64,000 bases of DNA from Candidatus Poribacteria bacterium (GCA_965232535.1 CBDDPW010000007.1:21420-85419); one strand, 5' to 3'; positions 1-10,657 are shown, counted from the first letter of the stretch. A program made the numbers and translations. The notes: a model not told the origin generated them from the letters alone.

Positions 1-3000
1 CCGACGCGTCGGCAATCGTGCGAACCAGCCTGCCGGCGATAGAGTATATCTTGATGGTAACTTGCTCCGGGCTCTGGACGAAATTGTAGGTGAAGAAGGT
101 ACCGGTACGAATTGGATTGGGGACATTCCACACTTCGTTAATCTCCACAGCTTCGTCAAGCTGAAAGTGGAATAATTCTCCTTCGTGAGCATTGCCACTC
201 GTGTCACTGGCGTAAATCTGTATTTGGTAATCGCCGTTAGCCAGACTCGGCGCATAGACAATGGAGCCGACATCAGGCTGGGTTTCATCAAACACCAAGT
301 CGTACGCCCTACGTGGAACCGTGTCAAATTCGTCATCCGCTTTGCCAAACGAGAATTGTATGGTGGAAGAATCTAGTCCGTAATCATCGGCTAGTTCAAT
401 CTCAATCTTGGGCTGCTCACGCAGAATCATTCCATCCGTTAAAATCTCCTGATTTATGCGAATATCAACTTCCGGCGGTTCTACATCAGGTGGATCTGAC
501 ACAAGGAGAATGAACTCGCTATATCCGCCATCGTATCCAAGCTCATTCCCGTTCAAATCTTTTGCCCAGAGTCGATAGAGATAGCGGCCCACGGAAAGAA
601 CAGGGGCGTAGACAATCGTAACCGGTGTGACTTGTTCCGGATTAGTCATTGTAAATTCGGTGATTTCCTTAATTGGTCCTCCATTCTTGCTAACGACAAA
701 CCGGAATGCGTCCATATCTATCCCGTTCAAATCTTCAAGAATCACGGAGACCTGTGGCCGAGATGAAATCACGCTGTCGGAATTTAGCGGTTTGCCATCC
801 ACCCACAACTTGAGCATGGGCGCATCCGTGTCCGAATTTGCCATAAGAGCGAACGGAACGAGTTCAGACACCTCGGCGGATACTGTGCCGACCATTCTGG
901 TGCCGAACTTGAATTTGTCGCCATAAGCAAACGGAACGGCGCCAGACGTAATCAGCGCTTCAATACCAGGATCACTGATGAATAGCGGTTTATCAACCGA
1001 TCCGAGAAGTATCTCCTCGTTCTCCATGCCGTCAGAAAAGTCTGAACGCTCATGAATCTCAAATGTCTGGTCATCTCTGAAGAGAATCAACCAATCTCCG
1101 AATCGGAATTTGTCCTCAGATTCAATTGATAAGTTAAGTTCCGGCATCCCATCACCGCGGTTGCTATTCCTAATCTCGGACACATAAATGCGGTCAAACC
1201 GATCCATTCTGGTTTCAAAAGTTAGGACATCCCCATATTCAAATGGTCGGCTAATGTCAACCTCCTCTACCCTCTTTAATTCTAGCTGAATACCGAAGTC
1301 ATGATAAGCGAAAATCTGACCCGGCTTCCCAAACCTTCCAACCTGCTCGATGGCGTCACTATCCGTTTTACGAAGTCGAACGATGTAATGTTCCGAATCA
1401 ACAAAGAATATAATCCATTCGCCTATGGGAGTACGCTCTGAATCAATTCGAATCTGTGAATTCTTCAACTCGTAAAGATTTCTGTTTCTATTCTGTGCCG
1501 GTGTCAGAAATTTTTCCTTTAAAAGATCCCCGTTTTCCTGATAGTGGATTGTTGATGCCAACCGCTTCCATGTTTTTGTCCGTTCCCGCCAAGTATAGAC
1601 ACCCATGTTTCTCATGGAATCGTATGGGTTGTTGGCATCGCGTGGTTGCGCGCTAAGTGGGTCATTAAAGTAATCGCTATCAAATCGAAATCTAATTTCA
1701 ACCGGCCCGTCAAGTTGCATGACTGTTGAAGACAGGTTAATTTCATAAGCCTGAAGGGCGCCCGCGCCTTGGCCCATGAGGGCGTCTTGCACACTGGCAG
1801 GCTGGGGAATCGGCACGATTTTCAGGTCCGGCTGAGAGGAGACTGGAGCCTCAAGCGCATCGACGGACAGCGTTGTTGGTTTCAATGAACCCGCTGTGAA
1901 ATGAGCTTCGAATACTCGATCTAAACTGGTGCACATGAGGTCGCTCTCTGGTTGCAAGGTAAACTCGTTAACATCAAACGAATGTTTCCCCTTGTTGTCC
2001 GCGGAACGCACTTCATCAAGTGCTCCAAAAACCTTATTTTCCGGAGCATGGTCGGGCGGTGTAGGATCGACAAAAACATGTATATCGTGATGCCCTCGCG
2101 GTAGTGGTTCATTCAAAGACAAAACAGCGGTTACTTTCTGATGGACTGTGTCCCCTGGCTCCCAGTCATTTGTATCGACCACTACTTTTCCGATTACCCT
2201 GGCGTCCCGGTCAATTTGGTAATCCACGTTTCGGTCAGGATCTCCCTTCGTGAACCAAACTTCAACATCTACCGGAACATCATTGCCTCCATCGTTAATC
2301 AGATCTGCCATCAAGGCGGGCAAATTGTCGTCCTCCAGACGAACATAGCGAATAGAGGTTTTACCACGCGAATTCGGAGCAATAGCGAGATTGGCGTTTG
2401 CCGGTACTTGTATCGTTTTTCGTTCTGTTTTCGATGGGTAAAAAACAACATCGTCCCCTTGGTCCGTCGCGAGAATCTGGTAGTTTACCGACCGCCCAGC
2501 CCGTGGTAGTGGAATTGGGGATTGAAGTCGCCACCACTGTCCGCCGTTGATGACGGGAACCGAAAATTGGGGGTCAGGAACCATAGGGGTGGTGTGTGTC
2601 TTGAATTCACTTGTATCGTTCCAAACCACTTCGACGGACTTGATACCGCCCCGTCCCGTGTCATCCACAATCTGCACGTGAAGACTTAGCGCATTGGCTC
2701 CTTCTGCGTCCAAATTTTCTCGCACGTCATGGAATATCGCCTGTTTCGTCCAAAACTCCGCGCCGCCTATAGCCGTGTGCTTGCCATCGCTTGCGAAGAG
2801 TCGGACAACTCCTCGTCCAGCGGTCACATCAAGCGGCACATCAAATCGAATGGTACCAAAGTCGCCTTTCCAAACATTCAGATGGTCCTGCCGCATTGAC
2901 AGATCGTTGTACGGATCTTCGTCAAAACTATTTGCGTATAACACTGCCGCCGACAATCGATCTACACTGAAGTCGGTTGCTTTTACGAATCTACGCATAC

Positions 3001-6000
3001 CTGTGGCTAAGGTAATCCCATTGCGTCCAACTGAATTCTGTTTAACAACCAATTGCTTGCTAGAATTCAGCGCAGAGTCATCTAATTCAACTTTAATCTC
3101 CAGATCCGGTAGTGCCAACCGCGTCGCCGGATCTCCGAAGAGGGTGTACTGTTCGGCGCCCGGAATCCAAGCTAGTCTGTTATGGCTTATTGAGTTTCCA
3201 ATAAACTTAGTCTTGGCATCGGCAGTTATAGCGCCGAGGGTTGGTGGATCAACGCTGAATATGGAATTGAACAGATCTTCATCAAACGCGGCATTGGCCG
3301 TGGCAAAAGTAAGACGTGTTGCGCTCAACGTACCAATCGCTCCCTGGCTTCCCATCATAAATTCTTCACTCAAACTACGCGCGCCGAACCCGAGAGGTCT
3401 GTCAAATTGCCCATTGAGACAGGTTGTCGTCACGACAAAGGGAAGGTGTTCATTCTTTAATCTTGGAATATTCTCAATGCGAAAAATACCTTCATCTGCC
3501 CATGTTTCCGACCCGCCGTGTCCGGCGTATTCGAGAATTAGCAGACCTTCATTGATAGCTTGAATAATTAGCCCGTTTGTACGATCGGGACTCTCTATTC
3601 TTCTTAGATAAATTTTACGTGTGTCATAACCAATGGGAATGAATTCCTTGATGATGCGATCACGGCTCTCTTCGAAAATCCAGTCAATACTGTGACTCTT
3701 TTCGTCGTCTGAAACTTGGGCGAGAGTGCGCTGCCATACGCCGCGTTTTGGATCTTGTTCATAATCAATCAACTTCTTCACCATTGTGTCGAGCTCGCGT
3801 GAATACTGCACGGACAATCGTCCAATGAACATGTCAGGAAGTGTATCATCTCCACTCACGGTAACAAATCGGTGATCCATTGCAGTTTCACCGCTCACCG
3901 GTGACCATCCGTGGATTGTTGGGACATAGATGGGAGGAAGTCTAAAGGATTGGTTGGCAAGTCTCCAGAATTCGACAGTTGCTTTCTTATAATCGTAATG
4001 CGCATCGCCAACGAGTAGGACATAGGAAGGAGCCGGTTGTTGCCAACTTGTATAGGCGTAGCGTAGAAAGTGTTGGATGGCAAACGGGCTAAAGATGCCG
4101 TGATTGAACTGTTCATACACGTCGTCAATGTCCACTACAATAACAGAATGTCCCTGAGAACGTCGAAACTCCACCAATGGTTGTATGCTTTCAATAAAAT
4201 TTCTGTGGCTGATTACAATGTAATCGGCTTGATTGGCGGGGTCTCTGAGCGTCGCCGGCTTGGCTTGCACAATCCTGGTGACACTCTGGTAAGCACGGTT
4301 ATCAAGTGCAAAATAACTTGATGGCTGAGTCACAACATCCTCTAACGTGATTTCAAAATCATGGCTGGATGTGCGGCTAATTCTCCCGTTTTCAAGTTTT
4401 GCGACGATGCTGCCGTTATATATCTTATAGACATCAATTTCGTCGGTGCGTAGATTTTCGACACGATATCGCACAATTCCGTTAGCTTCAGGTTCGGTGT
4501 TGGAGCTAAACTCTAGCGCACCGGACACCGCCTTGAAACCATGCCAATAATCCAATTCAAACCAATCAACGTAAAATTCGACCGCGTCTGTAGACAATCG
4601 AGCATTTTCTTCAGCAATCACTGTTAATGTATTGGTCACATCATGGACGAGAAACTGACGCTGTTGAAATTCATGAATGGTCAAGAGATCGTCTTGCCTT
4701 CGCCAGTCTTGAGTTCTCGCGATCCATTTGTCGTTGAGGAGTATCCTTGCCCTATGAGTAAATAGGGAAACGCCCTGAAGTCTAACACGGATTGTTGCGG
4801 GACGATGGATCAATTGACGAGGAATGGCGCCCGGTGTGTTGATGGAAAATCGCTTGTTGTCTCCTGCCTTTATACCGACCCAAAAGTAGTGATCTGCATC
4901 TTCTAAACTGGAGTCACTCGACTCCAAAGAATTATGAAAAATGTCCTTCTCAAAGCGATCTGTCTTCAGGAATGCAACCGGAGTGTGTGCACCGCGTGTT
5001 TTTAATTGGGCGTCTTGAATCCCTATGCGCGAATTCCCAATACCATTCCAAGAGAGCCAATATACATTTGTCTCGGTAAATCTGTTTCCAACAATCTTTT
5101 GACCGTAGAAGATAATAGAGTCCCCGGGATCAAACCTACCGTTGTTATCCTCGTCGGATACAAAAGCACCGATCTTTCGTCCGTTATTCTCGATTTTTAT
5201 TGTATTTAAATCGATCCGTGTTGTGTCTGCGCCAGCTCGCTCAAGCCTCGAATACGGGATTCGATACATACCCGTTTGAGAGATCGAGAGTTTGAATCTT
5301 TGCTCGGTATTTCCTTGTGCATACGCGGAGGCTAGTTGAGCCTGTGACTGTCTTACTAATCGCCATGCCTTGGCTTGGTTATAATTGAGCAGCCTCGTTT
5401 GAAACAAGTCCTCGAACGCTCTTGACGGCTGGTAGGTCGTAAATACTTTAGAATCGGAGGACGCCGATTGATTGAAATCGATTCGGATCTGTAACTCCCG
5501 ACAGATTTTGAGTTTCGACAACTGGGGATTATATTGGACGGGATGAATCTGAAGTTGCGCTACACGCTGATCTCGGATAAATCCGACCGGAACAATCTCT
5601 GCCAATTGTGTTGGATAAAAACGATTCTTGCGATAGAATTCCGTATTTGGCTCATATCGAACCGTGGGCCGGATAGACGAATCTTCAGATTGGCGAACAG
5701 AATCGGACTGAACGGGCAGAATTTTCTTGGTAGAGCGAGTCTCAAACCGGGAGTTGATAATGGTGGCTTGAGGAACTTCGCCGACCGGTATACCAATTAA
5801 CTGTGAATAGGTAGGGAGTTTGGGATATCCAACTTTTAGCGTGTGTTGAGCGCCATTAAAGGATACTTTGGAATAGATTTGTCCATCAAAATTCTCGTCG
5901 CTAATCCGTAGCTCGGGCAACTTGAATTCCACGATGAGGCTCACCGAGTCGGCATAGACCTGACGGACAATCGGTTCTGACCAAGCCGGTCCGTTAAAGC

Positions 6001-6067
6001 AAACGAGGAATATGAATGGATAGAGTAAGTGAAATCTAGCGAGTTTGACGCGAAGCGGCGCGAACAT
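1..6067 (-). CDS. Large secreted C25 family (gingipain/PorU-like) cysteine peptidase with propeptide, Ig-like domains and C-terminal sorting-like domain; 3' end runs off the window
   Basis: ATG at 6067 after GGAGG. The same frame reads signal peptide and propeptide (GYPKLPTYSQLIGIP), catalytic His/Cys motifs YAGHGG (~3512-3529) and VTTTCLNGQFD, and NVPNP...VTIKIYSIAGRLVRTI at the window start. Absent from the ORF track, consistent with no stop codon inside the window. Confidence 0.85.
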   Translation of the reverse strand, partial: MFAPLRVKLARFHLLYPFIFLVCFNGPAWSEPIVRQVYADSVSLIVEFKLPELRISDENFDGQIYSKVSFNGAQHTLKVGYPKLPTYSQLIGIPVGEVPQATIINSRFETRSTKKILPVQSDSVRQSEDSSIRPTVRYEPNTEFYRKNRFYPTQLAEIVPVGFIRDQRVAQLQIHPVQYNPQLSKLKICRELQIRIDFNQSASSDSKVFTTYQPSRAFEDLFQTRLLNYNQAKAWRLVRQSQAQLASAYAQGNTEQRFKLSISQTGMYRIPYSRLERAGADTTRIDLNTIKIENNGRKIGAFVSDEDNNGRFDPGDSIIFYGQKIVGNRFTETNVYWLSWNGIGNSRIGIQDAQLKTRGAHTPVAFLKTDRFEKDIFHNSLESSDSSLEDADHYFWVGIKAGDNKRFSINTPGAIPRQLIHRPATIRVRLQGVSLFTHRARILLNDKWIARTQDWRRQDDLLTIHEFQQRQFLVHDVTNTLTVIAEENARLSTDAVEFYVDWFELDYWHGFKAVSGALEFSSNTEPEANGIVRYRVENLRTDEIDVYKIYNGSIVAKLENGRISRTSSHDFEITLEDVVTQPSSYFALDNRAYQSVTRIVQAKPATLRDPANQADYIVISHRNFIESIQPLVEFRRSQGHSVIVVDIDDVYEQFNHGIFSPFAIQHFLRYAYTSWQQPAPSYVLLVGDAHYDYKKATVEFWRLANQSFRLPPIYVPTIHGWSPVSGETAMDHRFVTVSGDDTLPDMFIGRLSVQYSRELDTMVKKLIDYEQDPKRGVWQRTLAQVSDDEKSHSIDWIFEESRDRIIKEFIPIGYDTRKIYLRRIESPDRTNGLIIQAINEGLLILEYAGHGGSETWADEGIFRIENIPRLKNEHLPFVVTTTCLNGQFDRPLGFGARSLSEEFMMGSQGAIGTLSATRLTFATANAAFDEDLFNSIFSVDPPTLGAITADAKTKFIGNSISHNRLAWIPGAEQYTLFGDPATRLALPDLEIKVELDDSALNSSKQLVVKQNSVGRNGITLATGMRRFVKATDFSVDRLSAAVLYANSFDEDPYNDLSMRQDHLNVWKGDFGTIRFDVPLDVTAGRGVVRLFASDGKHTAIGGAEFWTKQAIFHDVRENLDAEGANALSLHVQIVDDTGRGGIKSVEVVWNDTSEFKTHTTPMVPDPQFSVPVINGGQWWRLQSPIPLPRAGRSVNYQILATDQGDDVVFYPSKTERKTIQVPANANLAIAPNSRGKTSIRYVRLEDDNLPALMADLINDGGNDVPVDVEVWFTKGDPDRNVDYQIDRDARVIGKVVVDTNDWEPGDTVHQKVTAVLSLNEPLPRGHHDIHVFVDPTPPDHAPENKVFGALDEVRSADNKGKHSFDVNEFTLQPESDLMCTSLDRVFEAHFTAGSLKPTTLSVDALEAPVSSQPDLKIVPIPQPASVQDALMGQGAGALQAYEINLSSTVMQLDGPVEIRFRFDSDYFNDPLSAQPRDANNPYDSMRNMGVYTWRERTKTWKRLASTIHYQENGDLLKEKFLTPAQNRNRNLYELKNSQIRIDSERTPIGEWIIFFVDSEHYIVRLRKTDSDAIEQVGRFGKPGQIFAYHDFGIQLELKRVEEVDISRPFEYGDVLTFETRMDRFDRIYVSEIRNSNRGDGMPELNLSIESEDKFRFGDWLILFRDDQTFEIHERSDFSDGMENEEILLGSVDKPLFISDPGIEALITSGAVPFAYGDKFKFGTRMVGTVSAEVSELVPFALMANSDTDAPMLKLWVDGKPLNSDSVISSRPQVSVILEDLNGIDMDAFRFVVSKNGGPIKEITEFTMTNPEQVTPVTIVYAPVLSVGRYLYRLWAKDLNGNELGYDGGYSEFILLVSDPPDVEPPEVDIRINQEILTDGMILREQPKIEIELADDYGLDSSTIQFSFGKADDEFDTVPRRAYDLVFDETQPDVGSIVYAPSLANGDYQIQIYASDTSGNAHEGELFHFQLDEAVEINEVWNVPNPIRTGTFFTYNFVQSPEQVTIKIYSIAGRLVRTIADAS

Positions 6068-6126
6068 AGCCTCCTGCAAGTTGTACACTGCACCCGCCCT
6101 CATTTATCGCGTTGCGAGTCAAAGTG

Positions 6127-6148
6127 GTAGGCACACGCCGTGTGCCGT
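6127..6148 (+). repeat. GTAG-type REP-like hairpin (related copies at ~10681, 28119, 31256, 32667)
   Basis: GTAG followed by the imperfect palindrome GGCACACGCCGTGTGCC. Confidence 0.6.
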
Positions 6149-6161
6149 AAACCACCTTATA

Positions 6162-6331
6162 ACCTTTGGTGCTAGTTAATTGGTACATGATTTTCAATGA
6201 CATACTATATCTAGGTTGTTAGCAGGTCAGGTAGGCGCAACATTTGTCAACCGCGCATAATCGCACATCATCGTGTCAGTATATAGTATGTCATTTATGA
6301 TTTAAATACTACATATACTAGCACCATTGGT
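6162..6331. mobile_element. 170-bp MITE with IS982-type ends matching the IS at 48767-49739
   Basis: Ends ACCTTTGGTGCTAGT / ACTAGCACCATTGGT; 5-bp TSD TTATA on both sides; no ORF. Confidence 0.9.
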
Positions 6332-6372
6332 TTATATTCACTGGTGGGAAATCATAAAGTGCAATTAACTGA

Positions 6373-6409
6373 GATCAAGCGAACGGATAGTGAGCGCGAT
6401 AGAGATCCG
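6373..6409 (+). repeat. 37-nt GATCAA hairpin micro-element, copy 1
   Basis: GATCAA-GC-GA-AC-GGATA-GT-GA-GC-GCGATAGAGATCC; at least 7 full copies in the window. Confidence 0.85.
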
Positions 6410-6654
6410 GATACCGTCCGCGATAGAAATCTCTTTGCACAGGCGTATGTGGCTTCGAAGGGATCCCATCTCCAGTTCGAGAACTCCTTACAGACATCAA
6501 ACACTTACCAAGAATACTACTTAATGGTTCATTCGCTAAGTATTTAACGCATGTCGAAACCAAGTTTTTTCTTGAAAACTTGGTTTCTTCCCTGAATCCT
6601 AGTGACCTCAAGATAACGATCTAGCTGACTCATCACCGGAAACTAGTCATGGAC

Positions 6655-6698
6655 AATCAAGGCAATCACCTAAATCCCATAAATCACAGTTCAGACAA
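6655..6698 (+). repeat. AATC-periodic repeat ending TTCAGACAA (also 49890-49915, 49957-50035 on minus, 55124-55167)
   Basis: AATC recurs every ~9 nt and ends in TTCAGACAA in all copies. Confidence 0.65.
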
Positions 6699-6763
6699 TG
6701 TGAGCTACCGACACCCAACACTTATCATAAATACTTACCGAGAGAACCACTTAATATTTCGAT

Positions 6764-9700
6764 CTACTTAACAACTGCCATGCGCTTCACCGAAGTGAAG
6801 TCGCCCGCCCGAAGTTGATAAAAATACAACCCACTTGAGACCGGTTCTCCGCTAGCCGACTTTCCATCCCAATGCGCCGCGGTGGACTTTAGTATATATA
6901 TCCCTGCGCTCTGGTGTCCCAGATCCAATCGACGCACCAGTGTGCCCGAAATGTCATAAACCAAAATCTCAACATCGGCATCAGCAGCGAGCTGATAGGG
7001 AATCCAAGTTTCCGGATTAAAGGGATTAGGATAGTTGGACAACAGCTTTGTTTCTCTGACAGTTGGTGGCACATGTCCCAGCCAGCCCCTGAGAAATTCT
7101 CGAGCAATCATTACCCCCGGCGATGGATCCGGGAGCGCCTCTAAACTGCTTAGCGCCTCGCGCATATTGGAAAGTCGCTGTTCAGAGAAATGGGTCGTGA
7201 TGCCCGGTGCAGACGACCATGAGGTGCCTTCGCCAAGGTGCGAAGCTACGAGGACCAAATCTGAAACGTCCACCAAACCATCAAAGTTGACGTCAGGCGC
7301 GGCTTGACTAGGCGAAGTTTCACCAAATTCACTAGCCACGATTACAAAATCGAGAATATCAACTGCACCATCCGAATTTACGTCTTCAAGATTCCGAAAT
7401 CTTGATTGCCCCTCAAACCGATTTGCGGTCACCGCCCCTCGAAACCCACCCAGGTGGATTCGAAAATCGGGAACAGTCACGTAGTTGTCTCGATGAGCGC
7501 ACCGTGTAACATGTTTCTGATTCAACCAACACGCTCCACGTAACACACGATGTTTTCCTGTCGCTGGTCCCCTGGGATTTGACCACTTACGCGCAGTGAA
7601 GTAGTATCTCGGGTGATACCAATCGAACACCCACTCCCAAACATTTCCTACCATGTCGTATGCGCCGTAAGGACTGACACCCTTGGGATAACCTCCGACA
7701 GGCGTCGTTCTGTGTGGTCCTGCCTCCCATGAATTGAGACGGGTTGGATCCCATTGATTCCCCCACGGATATAGGCGGCCGTCTACGCCCCTGGCAGCCT
7801 TTTCCCACTCAGCTTCAGTCGGTAACCGTTTCCCCGCCCATTCTAGGTACGCCAATGCGTCATTATAGCTCACTTGGACGACAGGATGATTGTCCTTGCG
7901 CCGAATTGAGCTGCCTTGGCCATGCGGTGCGCGCCAGGACGCTCCTCGCGGGCGCGGCCAATTATTCGATCCGTCCCACAGATATCCCCAGCCCTGTTTC
8001 TCGGCATCCGTAACATATCCCGTGGCATCGGCGAATTTCTTGAATTGCTTATTTGTGACTTCGTACTTGTCGATGTAATACGAGTCGAGATACACTCTGT
8101 GCTGCGGCTGTTCATGTATAAAGATTTCCCTGAGCGCGTTGGCGTCTTTTCGTCCCTGAACGATTGTCTCAAGTTGTGATTGGCTTGTTCCCATGATGAA
8201 CTCGCCCGCCGGAACGAGCACCATTTTTCCATCATCTTTGGGGTGCGTGACCTCGGTTCCGGCAATTTCTCCTAATATCACCGTACTAAGTCCCTTTACT
8301 CGCGTCTCCACCCTTTCGCCCGTGTGCAATTGAATTGTCGTATCTATCGGAGTGCGCCGAAAATTTGCAACGACAATGCGATTTGAACCCCCGTCCCTGA
8401 ATGTGACTGCCTTGACGAAATCGTCGCCCGTCCTCAGCCAGTGAACTTCAGTCGCCGCAATCTTTCGCGTCGATGAAAAATCTGCGTTAAGAAGAAAATA
8501 GCCCTGGGATCGGATAACATCATTCTGTTTATATCGCCGTTGTCTCGAACCGGTCGCATAGGCAATTCGATCGCTAATCTCCCCGTTCCATATATTCCTT
8601 TTTCCGGCAAAGATTTGAAATTGACCGTTATCCGGAACACTGATGATTCCAAGTTTATTGTCAATATTGACCCAATTGGAATCCACGGTTACGAGATCTG
8701 TGCTTACTCCTCTAGTACCTCGCAAGCGTACGTTTCCCGAACCCCAATATACATGTCTAGCGCCGTTGTTGAAAATATCGTTTGGCAAGTAATACGATAA
8801 TCCTGACTGCTCTACTTCATGAATTGGTCTCTTTGCCACCAAGAGTTCCATCATTACAGCCATCTTGTTCGTCGGTAGCGCGGCAAAACTGATGTAGTGA
8901 TCTACTCCAAAACCAAGCTTGGATCTTCCTTCTTGAATGTGCCCGGTGGTAACGAAACCATCCTTGGTCAGCCGATTGTTATGACGTATGGTCGTTCGAG
9001 CCGTATCCGTGTTATCTATCACCAGATTTCCAATCAGATTGGCTTCTGCCCACTCCGACATATAGTCGTCTCCCGGAACAAACAAAGCCATCGGATACCG
9101 TCTGGACAAATGTTTCCAACTAAATGACGCAAACACATCCTTATTGCGGGCATACAGAAAGTCGCAGTACCTGCTGTAGAAGTTGCCTTTGACCTTTTCT
9201 TGAAAGTCATATGAGCTTTCCGCACGAATGAGAGGCGCAAAATGGTGAAGAAGGTACGCTAGTCCCAAGTTCGCGTAACAATCGGTTTCATAGATAACTG
9301 ACCAACCCCTGCGCTGATGCCCGAACCTCCTACTGAAAACGCTTCCCCTGCTGCTCTGTTGTTGTTCCCATTGAAACGCCCCGAATCGAAGTTGCTCGAT
9401 GAATCGAGCATCGGCATCGTGAAACTCATTTTGAAGCAATGCCAACATGGGCACGATAAAGTAAGGTCCATAGACGTGTCTAGCCCAATCTTTGCCTTGT
9501 GGGTAAGCAAATCGCCCCGAATAGAGATGGGTTTTCTTGAGACCGTTCCATACATCTAACACATGATGAAATAGTGATTGGGGTACGGGCTGACCGTTGC
9601 TAACAAACGCGTAGTACGCCCAAGCAAGAGAATGCAAAGGAACGGCAATGTAATCAAAATTGTAGCCACCGTGTCCCTCGATCGTGAAATCTGGATGAAC

Positions 9701-10501
9701 ATTGACAGTATAAACCCATTCATTTACACGCCTGCCATCAACAACGGTTGGGTCTCTTCTGTCCCGAGCCACCGAAAACGTGTTCATAAACATCTCTTGT
9801 GACTTTAACAACCAATTTCTTGCGTTCGGATGAGTTGGATATAGACTGGCAGCCCAAGCCAAAACTTCGGAATTAATGGCATTGAATTCGGCGTGCGTAT
9901 CTCCATACGCGCGGGAGGCAGCGCGCTGCTCTAGCTGGTAATTTGCTTCGTGAATCACAACGCGGCGAAGAGCATTCCGTTCGTCCAAACTCAAATCCTC
10001 CCAGATTAAGCGTGCCCCTGCTACTGCTCTGGAAATTACCCACGGCGCTATCCACTGATCCGGCTGTTTTCCCCACTTCCGTCCATCTACACAGAAGTTA
10101 GTTCCGGTGACATGCGTTTCCGTTAGAAAGCGGAGGGCCGCTCGTGTTTGGGTAAGAAGCCAATCTCGATCTATTCCGGAGATGGACGAATCGTAATTCT
10201 CGTCTGCTTTGAGCAGTGCGCACACAAAAATAAAGTTCGCGTGAGATCGCATTTGGTTGTGGTCGTGGGTACCGCTCCCAAAGTACCCAACCTGCGGATT
10301 CCTGCGATAGTTGCCTGTCCAATGCAACTTTGCGTAACTCGGAAACTTCTGTAGGAATGAGATATAATCGGATTTGTTTGGGTAGTCTTTGCCGTAATAC
10401 GTGTGCGGAAGGGGCGGAGCTGCGGACAAGCTGGAGACGTAAAAGAGTGAAAATGTGAACAGCACAAACAGGACGGTGTGCTTGAGTGTCTGTTGGTTCA
10501 T
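6764..10501 (-). CDS. Secreted multidomain protein: uncharacterised (possibly lyase-like) N-terminal region, SUMF1/FGE-sulfatase domain, dockerin-like repeat, C-terminal sorting-like domain
   Basis: Signal peptide; FGE-fold motifs YYIDKYEVTN, RLPTEAEWEKAARG, YDMVGNVWEW; DVNSDGAVDILD and DVNFDGLVDVSD; NYPNPFNPETWIPY. Confidence 0.85.
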   Translation of the reverse strand: MNQQTLKHTVLFVLFTFSLFYVSSLSAAPPLPHTYYGKDYPNKSDYISFLQKFPSYAKLHWTGNYRRNPQVGYFGSGTHDHNQMRSHANFIFVCALLKADENYDSSISGIDRDWLLTQTRAALRFLTETHVTGTNFCVDGRKWGKQPDQWIAPWVISRAVAGARLIWEDLSLDERNALRRVVIHEANYQLEQRAASRAYGDTHAEFNAINSEVLAWAASLYPTHPNARNWLLKSQEMFMNTFSVARDRRDPTVVDGRRVNEWVYTVNVHPDFTIEGHGGYNFDYIAVPLHSLAWAYYAFVSNGQPVPQSLFHHVLDVWNGLKKTHLYSGRFAYPQGKDWARHVYGPYFIVPMLALLQNEFHDADARFIEQLRFGAFQWEQQQSSRGSVFSRRFGHQRRGWSVIYETDCYANLGLAYLLHHFAPLIRAESSYDFQEKVKGNFYSRYCDFLYARNKDVFASFSWKHLSRRYPMALFVPGDDYMSEWAEANLIGNLVIDNTDTARTTIRHNNRLTKDGFVTTGHIQEGRSKLGFGVDHYISFAALPTNKMAVMMELLVAKRPIHEVEQSGLSYYLPNDIFNNGARHVYWGSGNVRLRGTRGVSTDLVTVDSNWVNIDNKLGIISVPDNGQFQIFAGKRNIWNGEISDRIAYATGSRQRRYKQNDVIRSQGYFLLNADFSSTRKIAATEVHWLRTGDDFVKAVTFRDGGSNRIVVANFRRTPIDTTIQLHTGERVETRVKGLSTVILGEIAGTEVTHPKDDGKMVLVPAGEFIMGTSQSQLETIVQGRKDANALREIFIHEQPQHRVYLDSYYIDKYEVTNKQFKKFADATGYVTDAEKQGWGYLWDGSNNWPRPRGASWRAPHGQGSSIRRKDNHPVVQVSYNDALAYLEWAGKRLPTEAEWEKAARGVDGRLYPWGNQWDPTRLNSWEAGPHRTTPVGGYPKGVSPYGAYDMVGNVWEWVFDWYHPRYYFTARKWSNPRGPATGKHRVLRGACWLNQKHVTRCAHRDNYVTVPDFRIHLGGFRGAVTANRFEGQSRFRNLEDVNSDGAVDILDFVIVASEFGETSPSQAAPDVNFDGLVDVSDLVLVASHLGEGTSWSSAPGITTHFSEQRLSNMREALSSLEALPDPSPGVMIAREFLRGWLGHVPPTVRETKLLSNYPNPFNPETWIPYQLAADADVEILVYDISGTLVRRLDLGHQSAGIYILKSTAAHWDGKSASGEPVSSGLYFYQLRAGDFTSVKRMAVVK

Positions 10502-10657
10502 CAGTTAGTTAGTGGAATCCCGTCGAGTTTTACTTCGGAATTGATATAGCGAAATCCGTATCTCTATTATTCGGTAACCGCCTGCAAACAAAAGTGTGTC
10601 TGCTATCGTTTATGTCGAATGAATCCTAAAATTCAACACCCCGAAGTCGGACATTAA

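Noticed and set aside
2694-3563. 289-aa plus-strand ORF and similar shadow ORFs (e.g. 23226-23912)
   Set aside because: Antisense to well-supported genes; no motifs or RBS.
6373-6409. Micro-element as a sequencing adapter or ligation artefact (GATC ends)
   Set aside because: Copies are diverged with compensatory substitutions, which an adapter would not show.
7430-8225. Active formylglycine-generating enzyme
   Set aside because: The catalytic CxxxxC motif is absent.
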